Assembly (NCBI RefSeq): GCF_000315625.1
Contig: NW_005434670.1
Coordinates: 558,016 to 622,015, forward strand
DNA from: Guillardia theta CCMP2712
Lineage: Eukaryota > Protista > Cryptophyta
Reading direction: 5' to 3'
DNA: 64,000 nt
The notes below the pieces were generated by a model. That model did not search any database and had not been told where the DNA came from. It saw nothing but the letters and a program-made list of their open reading frames with translations. Numbering within the stretch: the stretch's first letter is position 1; each line of letters begins with the position of its first letter. Made by a program: the position numbers and the translations under genes. Positions 25,210 to 39,168 of this stretch are shown here, one piece after another.

Positions 25210-27618
25210 GCTTCACCTCTTGTAGTCATGCGGATGGTCGAGGCCATAGATAGACAAGTCTACGTCCTCCTTGATGGAGTCAAAACTCGCGTCTGCCTCC
25301 ACGAAGAACTCCTCCTCCTGCAGCGATGCGTTGAGTGAGGTGCGAGGAAGGAGGAAGGAGGAATAGGAGACTTCACCTCCTCTTCTTCTTCCCTCTCGCG
25401 GTCCTTCTCCCCCTTGCCATCCTCCTCCTGCTCCTGCTTGTCTTGCTCGGTCGCCCCGCCGTCGAGGATGTCGTCTTGTTCCCCACCAGACTCAGTACCC
25501 TTGTCCTTGTCAACTGTGCAAACAGACGATCAGCAACTCTTTGAGAGAGGGGGAACGATTAATCGACGGCTACAATCACATCATCACCATCATCATCATC
25601 ACCGCCGCCACCACCACCACCACCTCCTCCTCCTCTTCCATCATCACCATCACCATCATCATATGACCTGTTTCTCCATACGTCGCATCCAACAAAGATT
25701 CTGAGAGGCTGGAAAAAAACGTCTCAGGATTTCTCTCACACACACGTCCTGCTCGCCCCTCCTGTTCACTCCCACCTCCACACCTCCACACCTTCACACC
25801 TCCGCCCCCCACAGCATCCTCGTCCTCACCCAGCATCTTCGCCGTCTTCCTCTCCTGCTCCTCCTTCCTCGCTCCTTCTAGTCCGAGGTTTCCTCCTCGA
25901 ACCCCGAGACGATCTGTACAGGGTCGATGCCGACTGCAAGCTCCTCTCTGTCGCAGTAGTCGCAAACAGCAAATCCTCCCCGATGTAGCTCCCGTCCCTC
26001 CCTTGCTCCAGCACCTGCATCAAGCTCTGCCTCCACTCCCTCCTCCTCCTCCTCTCCATCCTCTCCTGGCTGGACAGCATGGCGAGCTGCATGCCAAGGC
26101 TCCACGACCCTCCAGACACCATAGGCTTTGCTCCCCTGCCGAACCTTCCAAAGAGCAAGTCCTCGTGCTCGTACCTCCTCCTCCTCTCCTCGTCCTCCCT
26201 GCGCCTCTCGCGCGATTTCAGCCGCTCGAGGACGTAGGAGGCGGCTGCTCACTCGAGTCAGAGTGGACCAACTCGCTGCTTCCTCTTACCCGTCATCCTC
26301 GCCTGAAACCCTTGCGACCTGCCATGCTCTTCACCGGCACCTCCTCAGCTGTAGAAACAACAAGACTTACATGACGTTCTCCTCCTCCCGGTCGTGCCGG
26401 GAAAGCCCGCTCCTCCACCACTCCGTCTGGTCCATATTCCTGTCAGCCACGCAAAAGGGGGGAGGAGAGGAGAGGAGAGGAGAGGAGAGGAGAGGAGAGG
26501 AGAGGAGAGGAGAGGAGAGGAGAGGAGAGGGGAGGGGAGGAGAGGCACCTGCGAGCTTTGGAGAGGATAGAGCTTTTCCTTCTTCCTCTCTTTCTTCGGG
26601 GGAGAGGAGCCTTGGCAGAACAGTCAGTACTTCATCCCCCGCACCCCTCGTCCTCTCACCTCGCAGCGAGGAGAGGAACTTCTGCTCCTTCCCTAGCGGA
26701 TGGACATAGCGTGCGAACTGTGGAGTAGGGAGGATCTCATTGCATACGTGCAGCTGAACTTGCTTGCTCCCTCTCTGCATCCCCACCTTCCCCTCCTGAT
26801 CCCTCCCAGCGCTGTTGGCGTCTTCCTGCTGGCCGGCAACGAACTGGATCCTCCCCTCCCTTGCCAGCAGCTCGCCCCATCCTATCCCAGGGATCCCCGT
26901 GCTCTCCACGCTCATCACCAGCGCCCCCTTTCCACATCCCCTCGTCAGCAGCATGCGCCTCCTTCAAGTCGCTTACCTCTGTGCTCTTGCGGAAGACAAG
27001 GTCGTTCCATCTCGGCTCCTGCAGTGGCCTGCGCGGAGTTAGAGGAGCAGTCGATGGAGATCAAGGGAGGTATGGGCGGGAGGAGGGAAGGAGTGAGGAG
27101 GGGAATGGAGGAGAAGACAGGACAAACTGAGACAGGAATGGAGGAGAAGACAGGACAAACTGAGACAGGTATGGAGGAGGCATGGGGGGAGCAAGTTACT
27201 TGAGTTTGATGCGGTTAGGACTCTTCGAGTGGCTCGATTCGTTCCCGAGGGAGCGCATGGACCCGTCATCAGACGCCCTCCTCCCTGACTTGCTGTCGAG
27301 CTTCTTGATCCGTGGTAACCTCTCCCCCTGTCTCGGTTTCTTCCCCAGATCCCGCTCCGAGCTGCCCTGCTCCTGTGCGGATTGCCTCCTTCCCCCGTCC
27401 CTGCCTTGAGACCGCTTCTTCGCTAGCGGCTTCTTGCCTCCTCCCCCGCCTTTGTTGCTAGCCGCTTCAAGTTCACTTACATCCTGTCCCTCGGAGCCTG
27501 CGAGCGTGCCGCCTGCCCGGCCCCCTTCTTGTCGCTCTGCTTCAGCATGGAAGCGGTCAGAGGGCCCATCGGCCTTCTCCTCCTCCTTCCTCGACCTCGC
27601 CGAGTCATGATCCGCCAT
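23044..27618 (-). CDS. Large multi-exon hypothetical protein, charged and Glu-rich, low complexity; 3' end in or near the gap
   Basis: Begins MADHDSARSRKEEEK. A chain of minus-strand exons with microsatellite-rich introns ends in the long ORF 22779-24146. No recognisable domain. Confidence 0.45.
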
Positions 27619-27719
27619 CACTGACTGCCGCAGTGCGCGTCAACTGCCAAACAGACTCGCAGCCGCTCTGACCGACCTCATGCAAGTTCAGTGACTCCCG
27701 GAGTCCGGCGGACTCAACG

Positions 27720-28500
27720 GTCGGCGGGCCGAGCACCCGGTGGCACCGTACGGTACTGACAACGGGGCCCGGGGCCCGCCGCCGGTGGCGCCCCCCCCCG
27801 CACCGGGCCCCGGCCGGGCCCGGGCCGGGCGGGGCGGCCGGGGCGCGCGGCGGGCGCCGGTCCGTCGGCGCCGCCGACGGACCCGAAGTACGGTTCCTGG
27901 CCCGGGCTTCTACACGGTACGGTACTAGAACGGAGTCCTTCAAGTCCCGCCCGGCCACTGAGTGGGGGGCTGGCCTGCCGGGTCCAGAGAGCTCAATTCA
28001 CCGGCGGCGGCCGCCACTGTGCTTGCCTGCTTGACCGTGCCAGTGACAGTCCGGCACTGAGTAGGGCCTAGGGGCCGCCGGGCCGCTGAGGCTCCGAGCC
28101 GGGCGGCCCGTGACCGTACAGTGCGGCGGCCGCCGGCCGGGCCGGCGGCCGGGCCGCCAGCCTGGCCCCCGCCACAGTGCGCCGCCGGGCACACTGTCGG
28201 ACCGTCCGGTGGGTGTCGGAGTCCGACCGACGGTCCGCCGGACGGTGGCACCGTGTAGGGGCCAGTCGGACTGAGTCACTGGGTAAATTAGTAGAGAGGC
28301 CCGGCATGGATCGGACTGAGTCCTTGGCAACGGTTGAACCGTGGCGCCCGGGCCGGGCCGGGACACGCGCCGCCCGGCCGCGGCGCCGGGCGGCGGCGGC
28401 CCGGCAGTCGTACAGGCTCCACCGGGCAGACGGCGGCGCCGTGCCACTGAACTTCCGAAGCAGCAGGCCGCAGCATACCTTTTCGATGCCAAAGGCCAGG
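27720..28500. repeat. GC-rich, palindrome-dense intergenic island; related islands at ~37010-37600 and 40140-40420/44100-44160
   Basis: Dense CCGG/GGCC/CCCGGG runs with recurrent CCGTAC, GTGCCACT and GGCACTG words. No credible coding signal. Confidence 0.6.
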
Positions 28501-29780
28501 TTAAAATCATAATTATTAACTTGCAAAAGTTGTCTTGAACACCCCACCCCTCATTACAAACTCAAGGTAGCCCAGGAGCACCATCTGATTTCACTATTGA
28601 TGACCACCCCCCCTCAACCTTGTTGGACCCCACCCCCACAGAAAAGTCAACGTTCTTGGTTTTTATTAGATCCATTATTGTACCAAACAAAAGTTCGAGT
28701 ATGACTTCACCACCCACCCCTTTGACATGGGCAGCACCCGTAGTTTACCCTGCTTTTTTTTAAGCCCTTTGATATTACGTATCTCGAGAACTTTTAAAAC
28801 CCCATTTTTTTCTTCTCAAACAGTACCAGCAATTAAGTTAATCTGCTTAGTGGAAGTACCCCCCGGACCCCCTTCTGATGTACCCCACTCAGGACAACAA
28901 CAATGGATCCATTACAACCCTACCCCCTACACATCCGATTCAGACCTTGATATGTGGAAAAAAGTACATTTTAAACAAAAACAAATCCACGTACGGCACG
29001 GTCGATCACCAATAAAACCACCCCACCCCACCCACCTGCTAGTAACCCCTTTTCTAGTACCCCTGCTTCAGCTGACCCCTACCCTCTACCCCCGGGGGCG
29101 TCACCAAAGTCAACCGATGGAACTACAGTGGGGACATGAAATGGAAAGGTGACAGAGGGAGAAAGGGGTAGAGGAGGAAGGGGGGTAGGGTGAGGGATCC
29201 TAGCTGAAACCAAAAGTAGGGTAGGGTTCAGAGCCATAAAGGGGTGGGGTGAACTTGTTAGGAACCAAAGTTTTGAGTGGATAAGAGATCGATGAGGGGG
29301 TGGTCAAAGAATACTTGTTGTGTTGAATGTACTGGGCATCAAAGAGGGGAAATATCATATATGTGACAATAGCAAATATCAGCAGTGGGAGAATACCAGG
29401 TAAAATGCTGTCGGAAGCGACCAATAATGTTTCTTGGGGGTGGGGTTATGGACAGGCCCAACGGGTGCATCAGGGCACTGGTCATACAAACAGGGTGGTC
29501 CAAATGCATTGGGGGGTGCTACGGAGTCTGCAGTGAACGGGGGTAGGGTACGGGTCACGCACCAAATGATGGCGGGCGAGGGATCATACGTCGAAGCCTA
29601 GAGGATCAGAAGAAACAGCAAGTTCGAAGCTCGGACATACTGCAACATACATCACCACTTTCGTTCTCTCCACTCGTGTCCTCAACAGCCTTCAAGTGAG
29701 TACAGGTCTTCCACGCCAAAGTGGATCCAATACTGGATCGGTTGTATTGTGCGGCCTTGAGGGAAAGCGAGGAGCAAAGG

Positions 29781-31122
29781 ATGGCTGGATCGACCATTGA
29801 GGAGGAGACAAAGGCCAATACTAACCACACAAGTCATCAAGTAGAGGAGAAGAAGTCGTCTTTCCTGAATTTCTTCCTTGGGAGAAGATTCTCACTCGCT
29901 TCATCGCCAGGTTTGTCGAACAACTTCGTCAACCATGCGTTTTCTTTACTTACTGCGTTTGTCCAGCCTCCACTCACAGGGAGTTAGAGAAGCATGATCT
30001 TCACGAGACCTCAGCGATGCATGCTGAGGGTCCAAGAAGCAATCGAAGGAGGAGCTTGGCAGGGCTGGGACAATCCTGGTTCGCACGCAGCTTCAAGTCT
30101 TCACAAGACCAGTTCCATAGGTCAGAAGATCTGCCGAACCCAAAGCTATCCAAGGACTTGATCCGCCACACGTTCCCCTCCAAGAAAGGGCTGACCCTGC
30201 CTGAATCCGCCGAACTTAGCCCAGCTGGCTCGTTTCGACTAGGGTCCATGAGGAGGAACCTGAGCCATGACAACCTGCATGGGGCGGCGGATGCTTCGCC
30301 CTCTGTAGACTCGGAGGATAGGAACCTTTCAGCTAAAGGTTGTTTCTGATGCTCTATTCCTGCACCTTCTTCTGATCCCTCCTGGCAGAAACGATCAAGC
30401 GCTGCATAGTCTCGGGCACCCTCAAGTTCCGAGAGGTGAGGAGGAGAGCGTGATTATGGTCGGATGATCCGCTGATTTCTACAACAGAGGAGGATTCTTG
30501 GGTCCTCCTGGACCAGCATGTTCTGCGTCTTGAAGCGGAATGGAAAGTTTCACGTTTACACTGACAAGGTTAGCGGTCACTGCCTCAAGCGCTCCGTGGG
30601 GTGACTGGTACATGGCAGGACGACGTCTTCCCTCGAGTCACTCTCGATCTTCGAACATTTGAGATCCCCAAGGTCAAAAACTCCCTGGTGAGAGGATCTG
30701 CTTCCTGAAGTCGCTGGAGCTGACGGGAACCTTGGAAGGAATTCTCCCTTTCAAAGAAGGACCCGCTGCTGCCAGCTCTGGGCAGGACGTCGAGCTCCCC
30801 GGGAGTGTCTTGGTGAGTCCATAAGGAGATTGGAGGACCAAGGCATGACTGGCACTGCCTCGCAGGAGTGATCTTCATAGAAAGATGGAGGTTTACACCT
30901 TCAAGGCGGAGAATGCGGTGGACAAGAAGCAGTGAGCTCTCGCGGAGGCCGTTGACCGCCATTGAGACTGTTTCAGGTGGATGACAAGCCTCAGGACTGT
31001 GAAGAGGATTTCCTCACAATCTTCAGATGGTTCGCTGTGCCTTGCTCTGCGTCATTTCGCCTTGACTTTGAACTGCAGATGAGCATGAGGAGGTAGGCTT
31101 CCTCCGACTAGCTTCGGCATAG
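29781..31122 (+). CDS. PH-domain protein; multi-exon, 3' end approximate
   Basis: MAGSTIEEE... then SGTLKFRE|RRILGSSWTSMFCVLKRNGKFHVYTDK|DDVFPRVTLDL...MEVYTFKAENAVDKKQ|WMTSLR, the typical PH beta-strand and C-terminal helix Trp pattern. Confidence 0.7.
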
Positions 31123-33261
31123 CACGTAGAGACGACCAATGAGCTGGAATCAGCTGAACATGTAATTTAAAGTGTCGATACCTATTGAACAAAGAAATGT
31201 AGCATCATCTGGCAACACGGTCGAGATCAAGAACCGAATTCGAAGGGGGTTCTGTGGTCTACTCATAAGTTTATTGCGATCTCAAGCCAACATGTACTTT
31301 TCACGGGGAACAACTACAATGTCGGCAGTACATACAGGCCCACGTGTCTAGCAGTTGCGAGCTCCCCAGCTGGCAAAGCCCTGCTTGTTATCGTAGCATA
31401 CAAAGTCGGCGTGATCCCAGAAGTTCTACAGCAACAAGATTCAGTTTCCAGGAACTCACGCACGGCCAAGGGGTTTCACCTTCACCTTCTTCATGGAGTC
31501 ATGGTGGTACTCTCTGAAGGCATGCTTGTTCCTGTCTCCTGCATCGTCCACCGACATGATCTTACGGCTGAATGCCGAGTTGACAACCGACCGGATGCCG
31601 GCTAGCTCCTGATCACCCAGAGCTGATAACTGGGCAAAGCAAAGCGTGAGCATAACTTGTATTCAACCTCGTCATCACACAAAGAGGGATTCTCCATGAC
31701 TCCCAAACACGGCGAATTCTTGTTCCACATAACCATGAAAGATTCGTTCTAGTGTGGAAGCTTGATTTTTCAGACAACAACTTGTCTTAACTTTCATCGC
31801 GCTACTGGGGGTTATCTATTCCTGTGTAATTCTATGGTATCTCTATGCCCATGGCTCTTGCGTCAATGACACACCATCAACATGTCACTGCTTTCTAATT
31901 CGTCATCAATTCTATTTAAGCATTAATTCTATCTCAGTGTACCGCCAGCACCACAACATAATCACCATGTCAAACACGACTGCAACTGTCATCTTAAGCA
32001 CCCAGTAATTCGGTCAACCATTCCATATTCAGGACAATCTGATCATGAGCGCTATTGCACAAGTCATAGCAATGTCAAAGACTAACAAATGAACCAAACG
32101 AATGCTGGCTGTGAAGAAGGATTTCACACATACCAACGATGAAGTACATCACGAAAGCAAAAACTTGTTCTCCTTTATCAAGTCACACATCGCATTGATT
32201 GTCACCAGGCGCACTCTCATCATGCCCGCATCCCGATCAATGATTAACGTTGATGCGTGCTCCGCTATTCTAGATGCATCCTCCCTCCCCCTTCTCCCTC
32301 TCTCTACCTCTCTATCTCCTTGTTTGTGGTTCTGGGCCTCCTCCCTCCTCCCTCCTCCCTCCTCCCTCCTCCCTCCTCTACCAGCTCCTCACAAGCTCTC
32401 CTACATACCTGAACGAGCATGGCGTCTCTTCAATCACCCAGGGCCCCTTCTCACCCCTTTATGAATACTAAATAGTACGGGTCCATGGACATCACATACC
32501 CCTGATTCTTACTCTAAGCAATGGGGTAGGTGATATCACCCCTACACTGTTCGAGGAGGGATATAGGAGGGGTCTGATGAGCAAATGCCGTGGAACAACT
32601 TGCGAGTTCGCGGGCCATGCGGGGAGCCGGCAAGGCTTAGAGGTTGCAATGGCAACAAGAGAAGGAGAGCAGGGAGCAGGGAGGGGACGTCGAAATCAGT
32701 ACCTTGAAGTGTCCACTGAGTTCTTGGGCCTCCTCTTCCTCTTCCTCCCTTGCTCCCATGCCCTCCTTTCTCCAACCAACATCGAGATTCTTTTTGCTTG
32801 CAATCATTTTCCCAAGGAAGAGAAGCATCCAAAGGCAACCAGATTTGCTTCAGTCTCTGTCTTGTAAGAATGATGGAATCTCAACATCCTCTTGAGTTGA
32901 TTTGATTTTCATTGGGAATTTTTCAGCGCTTTGGAAACAGTGTTGATTGCCATCAAATGGAAAGTTCTTGGAAGATGAGGGAAAGCTACTGAAACCATGG
33001 AGAGAAGCCTACCCATCTGCACGTGTTTATGTTTGAGTGTCAAGAGAACAACATCATTGTCTAAGCTGCCGATCTTCATTCTCAAAATACTCCAGCGGTC
33101 TTAACTTGCTTGGCACGCCGTAGGAACGTGCTACTGCATGTTTGCTTGTATTGACGGCCTGAATCAGGCTGATAGTTGTACATCACGGAGCGGTTGCGTG
33201 TGTATGAGAGGGAGCGTAGATGTATCAGTGATTGTCTATGTACAGCTAGTCAGCGAAGTTG

Positions 33262-34498
33262 CTAGATAATGATGCTCGTTGACGAAAGAACATCCCACAC
33301 TTTCATGAGCTTTGGGAGGCCTTTCGCCTCTATCCATCCCTTTTCTTGCTTCAAGTTGATCTCAATCGCGTTGTTGTCGTTGTGCGATTCGTCAACACGA
33401 GTTAAAGGGGTCTGTATACGCGGAACTCGACCCGACAGCTTGACCACTGCACAGAGTTAGACGAGGAGAGAACAATCACAAAACAATCGCACCATTGTCT
33501 TGCGTATTTCTCGGCATGGCCAGAATAAAGAATATTGTCTGCACAAAGTTTGGAAGCTTCGGTGAAGTGCGACCCAGCGAGCTGCTGAGAGACTCGACAA
33601 GTTGACAGGAAACCTGGAAGGTCGTTCCCAGTCAGCGTGCAAGTTGGTGGAGTCTAGATGTCAACTTACGTGTATCGTGAAGCCCAAGCAAACCCGGAGC
33701 AAGCTCTGCAGCTCTATCACGGCATATCGTGACAGCCTGCATCGGGTAGTTACGCCACCCAGTGAGGATGGCAGAGCGCGGTTTACCTGGAGAGGATCTG
33801 CCATGACTTGATGGCTGTGAGCCGCAAGGCGGGCGCAAGAGTCGTCTTAGTGTATTCCACTCCCATGCTCCAGGACCTCTGAAGAGTGACCATGAGAACA
33901 AGGATCACGCAGCAAACCGTCGTCAAACGACTCACCTGCACTGCCATGATCGCGTCGTGTACCATCCTTGCAACCCTCAGGGGAAACGCGAGCTTGTGGC
34001 AGAGCATGGTGATGAGCTTCCAAAAGCTGCAACTTCAAGTCAGGTCGGATAGCAAGTGATTTCAAACTCTCACAGTTGACGCTGGTGCCTGTCGACGTTC
34101 CCAACCCAGTTGAGTCGGAACTCTTCCATATCCCCCCGAGGAGCCAACCTGCACCCAGGTGAGCCGGGAGCCATGAGGTGGTTCATGGTTCTTAACCTGT
34201 CGGCCCACTCCTGGAAAGGGAGCCGTTTGGTCTTACGCTCTTCTCTCAGCCTTTGCAGAATTTCAGCCGGGCTGATCCTCTCCAAGTCCGTTTGCGGCAT
34301 CATGTACTCGTTGTATCCCGAACAGACAACTTGTGCACGAGAGCGAGGTTTCCTCGTACAAGCAACTCTGCGCTGGCCAAACAACAAATGCCTCGAGGTT
34401 TGAGAGAATCCCAGGCATTGACCGGCCATCACCAAGATGTACAGCGCACTGAAGAGGTTGATGCGTCTGATGCCGATAGTCATTGTCCCTTTCACCAA
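33262..34498 (-). CDS. Hypothetical protein with bipartite (signal peptide + F + transit peptide) plastid-targeting-like N-terminus; extent approximate
   Basis: INLFSALYILVMAGQCLG-F followed by an Arg/Ser-rich region. Further minus-strand exons reach ~33260. Confidence 0.45.
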
Positions 34499-35710
34499 AG
34501 TGGTAGGCGCTGGACAAGTTTTACCAGCAGCTGACCCCGATGAAGTTGGCTATAATTGGTTCCGTGTATGAGTCACACCCCAGTGTTTAAACAACCGTAT
34601 GAGAAGAAATCTGCGTCGGCCGCTTCGCCAGCCCGTAAATTTGTCGGAGTTCACGAAAATTCCTTGAGGAAGAGGCAGGAGGCAGAAGAGACAAGTAGAG
34701 ATGCGATGGTGGGAGTTAAGAGGAGACGGCGTCGATCACTCGAGCATGCTGCTCATGGTAACAGACTTCATTCCTCTCTACCGCTCCACATGGTCCCCGT
34801 GTTGCTGCGGCCTCTTGCTCGCCATCGGAGGCTTCTCGCTTATCCCACCACCCCGTGCCCTTTGCTTAGATTACAAAAGGTGGGGTGGAAGCATGGGAAA
34901 ATAGGGGTAGAGGGGTACTTTCTCTTCCTTTATGCTCAATGCAAGGGGTGGGGGTATTTTAGGAGGGGTTATATTATATCGCATTTCATGGGATATGGGG
35001 GGGTGATAATAACTTGCGATTCATACAAGGGTGGGGTACAATTGAGGACAGGGAACAAACTGGAACGCGAGAAGGGGTGAAAGGGTCAGAGGGTACCTCT
35101 ATCTACAGCCTGACTTATCATCAAATATTACCAATTTAAATTACTCATATATAATTAGTATCAATTAATACAGTCAATAATACAGATTGAGATCACCCTA
35201 CCCCTTGAATGGGCCCGGTCATCCGTTACGGATCAGGCGAAGCTAGAATTTACACAATGTTAGTCGTTACAAAACGTTTCTTCCGTTACACCAGCAGCCC
35301 GTGCCGCTGCAGTATGAGAGCCGGAGAGGCAAGGATGGTGTTGTGAAAGGACGAGCGGGGGAGGAGGCAGAGAGGAAGAGGAGAGAGAAGAGTAGACAAC
35401 AATATCGAGGACAGGTTGAGTAGAAGATTTCTGAGATATGTGTGAATGCAAAGAATATCCTTCAGATGCGTGAAAGCAAATCTCTCCAGTGCTGTTCGTC
35501 CGCTTTTGCAGTTCTAGCGCAATCCTGAGTTGCTGGGGGTAGGTGCGCATCTCATTGACAAAGAAGATAGTTGTGATTTTTTTTTTGATTGGTGAAAGAA
35601 ATCGTGCACATCAACACAGTTGTGTTAGGAGTCTAGAATGCTTTTACCAGAGGTTCTCAGCTTCAAAAACAGAATTGCCGATGCATACTCGCAGTTTGTA
35701 GTGTTCGATG

Positions 35711-35776
35711 CTGGACTGACATGCCCTGTCCTCTGGACTGACATGCCCTGTCCTCTGGACTGACATGCCCTGTCCT
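35711..35776 (+). repeat. 3 x 22-bp tandem repeat (ctggactgacatgccctgtcct) in a probable 5'-UTR intron of CWC15
   Basis: Three exact units ending just before gcag-c-ATG. Confidence 0.9.
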
Positions 35777-35781
35777 GCAGC

Positions 35782-36847
35782 ATGACATCAGCTGCTCGCC
35801 CCACCTTCCACCCCGCCGTCGGCGGGGAGGATATCGGATACTACCGCATGGAGGCTGGGACGCGGTGAGTTAATACGCCCGAACTGAGGCTCGGATGACA
35901 ATTTCTGTAGTCAACTGTCCGTCAAAGACATGCCTGGGCATACAAGGCTGAAGTTCAGAAGGACTCAGGTGGAGCTGGTGCACAATGGAGGGGCTTGTCA
36001 GTGACCCGGCATGTTGGTACGGCAGGCTCAGAAGTCTCAGGACGAGCTCAAGGCTGAACTCGAGCAGCGAGAGCTCAAGGTGTTGATGAGCAAGAACACC
36101 AGCAAGGCAAGCTCACAGGCGCCCTCCGGTCCATCTTGTTCCTCGGTTGACGAGAGTTTGGCTGACGATGAGCAGAGATGGGAGACAGCAAGAACGCGGA
36201 AGCTCCTGCCATTGAGGATGTGGATGAGGAGCGCGATGCTGATGACATTGTCGCTGGAGGTACCGAGTATCCCGCGGATGAGAGGGGCTCTGACGCACCA
36301 TGACTTGGGTAGATGTTGATTCGGACGATTCCTCTGACGATGAAGATGAAACGATGGAGCTGATGTGAGAAGCCCAGGAGCTCGATGCAGAGTTGTTGAC
36401 TTCATATCATGCAGGAGGGAGCTTGAAAGGATCAAGAAGGAGAGAGAAGAGGATGCAGCCCGCAAGGTTGCGGGATATTGCTGGATTCGTCTGCCGTCTG
36501 ATCTTGTTTGTGCAGGAGGCTGAGGAAAAGGCTAGAAGGGAGAAAGAGCAACAGGACATGCTGTTGCGGGGAAATCCACTTCTTGCAGGGAGCTCCAGTG
36601 CTGGAAGCTTCGCCGTAAAGAGGAGGTTTGAATTTCTTTGCGCTTCGAACTGCACTGAGATGCAGCACATAGGTGGGACGACGATATCATTTTCCGCAAT
36701 CAAGCTCGCAACGAGCCGATGTCAAAGAAGGTTTTGTTATTGTCGGTATGTTCTGCATGATCTGACAGAAAACTCACCTAGACTTTCATCAACGATACGA
36801 TCAGAAACGATTTCCACAAGAAGTTTTTGAACAAGTACATCAAGTAA
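35782..36847 (+). CDS. CWC15: Spliceosome-associated protein CWC15 (Cwf15/AD-002); multi-exon
   Basis: MTSAARPTFHPAVGG...SVKDMPGHTRLKFR...RELERIKKER...GNPLL...FAVKRRWDDDIIFRNQAR...FINDTIRNDFHKKFLNKYIK*. Confidence 0.96.
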
Positions 36848-37991
36848 TCAGGTGTCACAGTTCGGTGGATCGCGCGGCAATCCAAGGAAGATTTCAAGTT
36901 TCTTTGCGTTGTAAGTATTCCGAGACTGTCCAGCACCTGCAACCTGCCGTTCAGGCTGTCCTGTGGTAGCAGTCAAGTTCTGCTGCACGGTAGGCATCAG
37001 TGGCATGACGGCGTGGCAGCCTCGGACGGTGCCACTGCCACGGCACCGGGCCGTGATGGCAGCATCATGTACTACACAGTGAAGTTGATGCCATGATGAC
37101 TAGCTTGCCGCCCTCCAAAGCGAATTACAAGTACTAAGCCTAAACTTTAAAAGTTGCGCTGGTGCCACTTCAGCCTCTCACTGTGAACAACTCAACTGGC
37201 AATGAGTCACCGTGCCACCCGCCGCCGCCGGGTACCGTACGCCGGGCGACCGCCGGAGGCTCACTCGGAGGCCCGGCAGGGGGGCCAGTCCGAGTCGCCG
37301 GCCCGGCGTCCCGTCCGATCACCGCCGGGCAGTACGGAAGTGCTCGCTCAGACTCGCTGACACTGTGTCGGATGAGATTTGGCATCATCGGCGGACCGAA
37401 CCGGCCCTTGGACCCCGGCCCGGGGCGGAGTCTCGACTCCGACGAACTTCGGAAGCCTCGGAAGGCTGGGCGCGGCTCAGATCAAGTTGAGCCGCTCGGC
37501 GGCGATCACCCGGCGATGGCGGCCGCCCGGCCCGGCCCGGGGCCGGGCCCGGGCTGAGTCGGACCGGCGCGCCGCACCGGGCCGGGCCCTGGCCTTCGTC
37601 GAATTGATTCGATTCGATTCAACCCGCGCCTCTTCGTTCCTCGCCATTGGCAGGAAGAGTGCCTGAAGGACGAGCGGAAAGGGAGGAAGAAGAGCGCAGG
37701 AACATCCCTGAACTCTCTTCCCCTCCTGCAGCTCCTTGCAGCCCCGATTGTACCAGTGCCTGTCCCTCCCCGTCAAGATCTATCAGGACCAGTCAGCCCG
37801 ACGGCCACCTACAGCAAACCGTGAAGGTCAGCACTGACCAGGTTAGACGACGATAGGAACCTGCCAGGACTTCTCATCCACGACGACAGCCACACCTGCT
37901 GGTTCAGATAGGCAGCAATAAGAGGAGAGTCTCGGATAGTCCGCAACCGCTCTTCTAACTCTTTGAGTGCTATCCTAACGAATTTTGGGCG

Positions 37992-38891
37992 ATGGTCGAA
38001 CTCGATGATTTCAAGCCGTCCTTCACGCCAGCAGTTGCTGCTGAGTTCATTGGCACGTTCCTTGTACAATTCCTCGCGTCTGCATGTGCGGCAAATGCAG
38101 CAGACAATGGTCTAGCGGCAGCGGCGCTTGGAACAGGATTCGCATTCGCAATGGTGATGTACAGCATCTCACACATCAGCGGAGGACACCTCAATCCTGC
38201 AGTGACTGTTGGGCATCTGATCACGGGGGGAGAAGATCTCAAGCTTAAGGAGGGATTGTCGTACATCATCGCTCAGTTCTTCGGGGCGGTCTGTGGGGCG
38301 TTCTTGGCAAAGAGCTGCTTGCCTATCGAAGCTCTGGTCCATCCTTTTGTTACCATGGGGTCTCTCTCGGACAAGCATGGGGAGCAGGTGACCAGTGCTT
38401 CGCTCTCAGTCGAGTTACTCATGAGACTGCAGGTTTTCATGATGGAATTCATCTGTACATTTCTTGTCGTTCTCGTCTTCTACGCCACTGTCGTGGACAA
38501 GAATCGGAGTGTCGCTGACAACGCAGCTCCGATCGCTGTCGGCTTGTGCTATGCGATTGGAATCTTTGCTGTGAGGCTCCCACCAGGAGACAACTTCCAA
38601 GTCGCTGATTGGTGTACAGGAGGGGCCATACACTGGTGGGGCCATGAGCCCAGCGAGGACATTCGGGCCGGCGGTTGCCTTTGGCACTCTTGAACATGTG
38701 AAACATTCTCGTCTTTTCTCGCATGCTCCCTCATTTGTGTTCCCGTGTTGCAGGTGTGGTACTACGTCCTTGCGACGTTCTTGGGAGGAATCGCAGCAGC
38801 ATATTTCTATGTGTATGTCATTGGGTTGCACGAGAAGGACGAGCACACCCGGGACACTCAGAGCGGCCCGATGGCGGCCAAGTATGTGTGA
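37992..38891 (+). CDS. Aquaporin / MIP family channel, 4 exons
   Basis: AEFIGTF, HISGGHLNPAVT, MEFICTF, APIAVG, GPYTGGAMSPARTFGPAV, VWYYVLATFLGG. Confidence 0.95.
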
Positions 38892-39168
38892 GGCTTCCTG
38901 GGTTCTCAAAGATTTTTTACAACTACTTAACATGCAAATGAAAAGACGACCTTGCAGTCTGAGATTGCAACCGAATCAAGGCTCGAGTCTTGAGCTTACA
39001 ACACAATCTTGGTAAACACGATGGATGATCATGGGATTTCTCGTAGCTTGTGAAATACTCTTCAATTTTGAGGATGAGAGTATCCACATAACAGCGCATC
39101 AGTAGATTGACATGGTCTGAAGTGAAGACTAGCTGTGAAAAACGCTAAACATCTTCAGCGATTGCAGT

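Noticed and set aside
27605-28547. Arg/Pro/Gly/Ala-rich ORFs in the GC island
   Set aside because: Open in many frames only because stops are rare at very high GC. No protein-like signal.
35711-35776. Short direct repeats as a CRISPR array (also 27102-27170 and 49667-49756)
   Set aside because: Head-to-tail tandem units without unique spacers, in a eukaryotic context with no cas genes.
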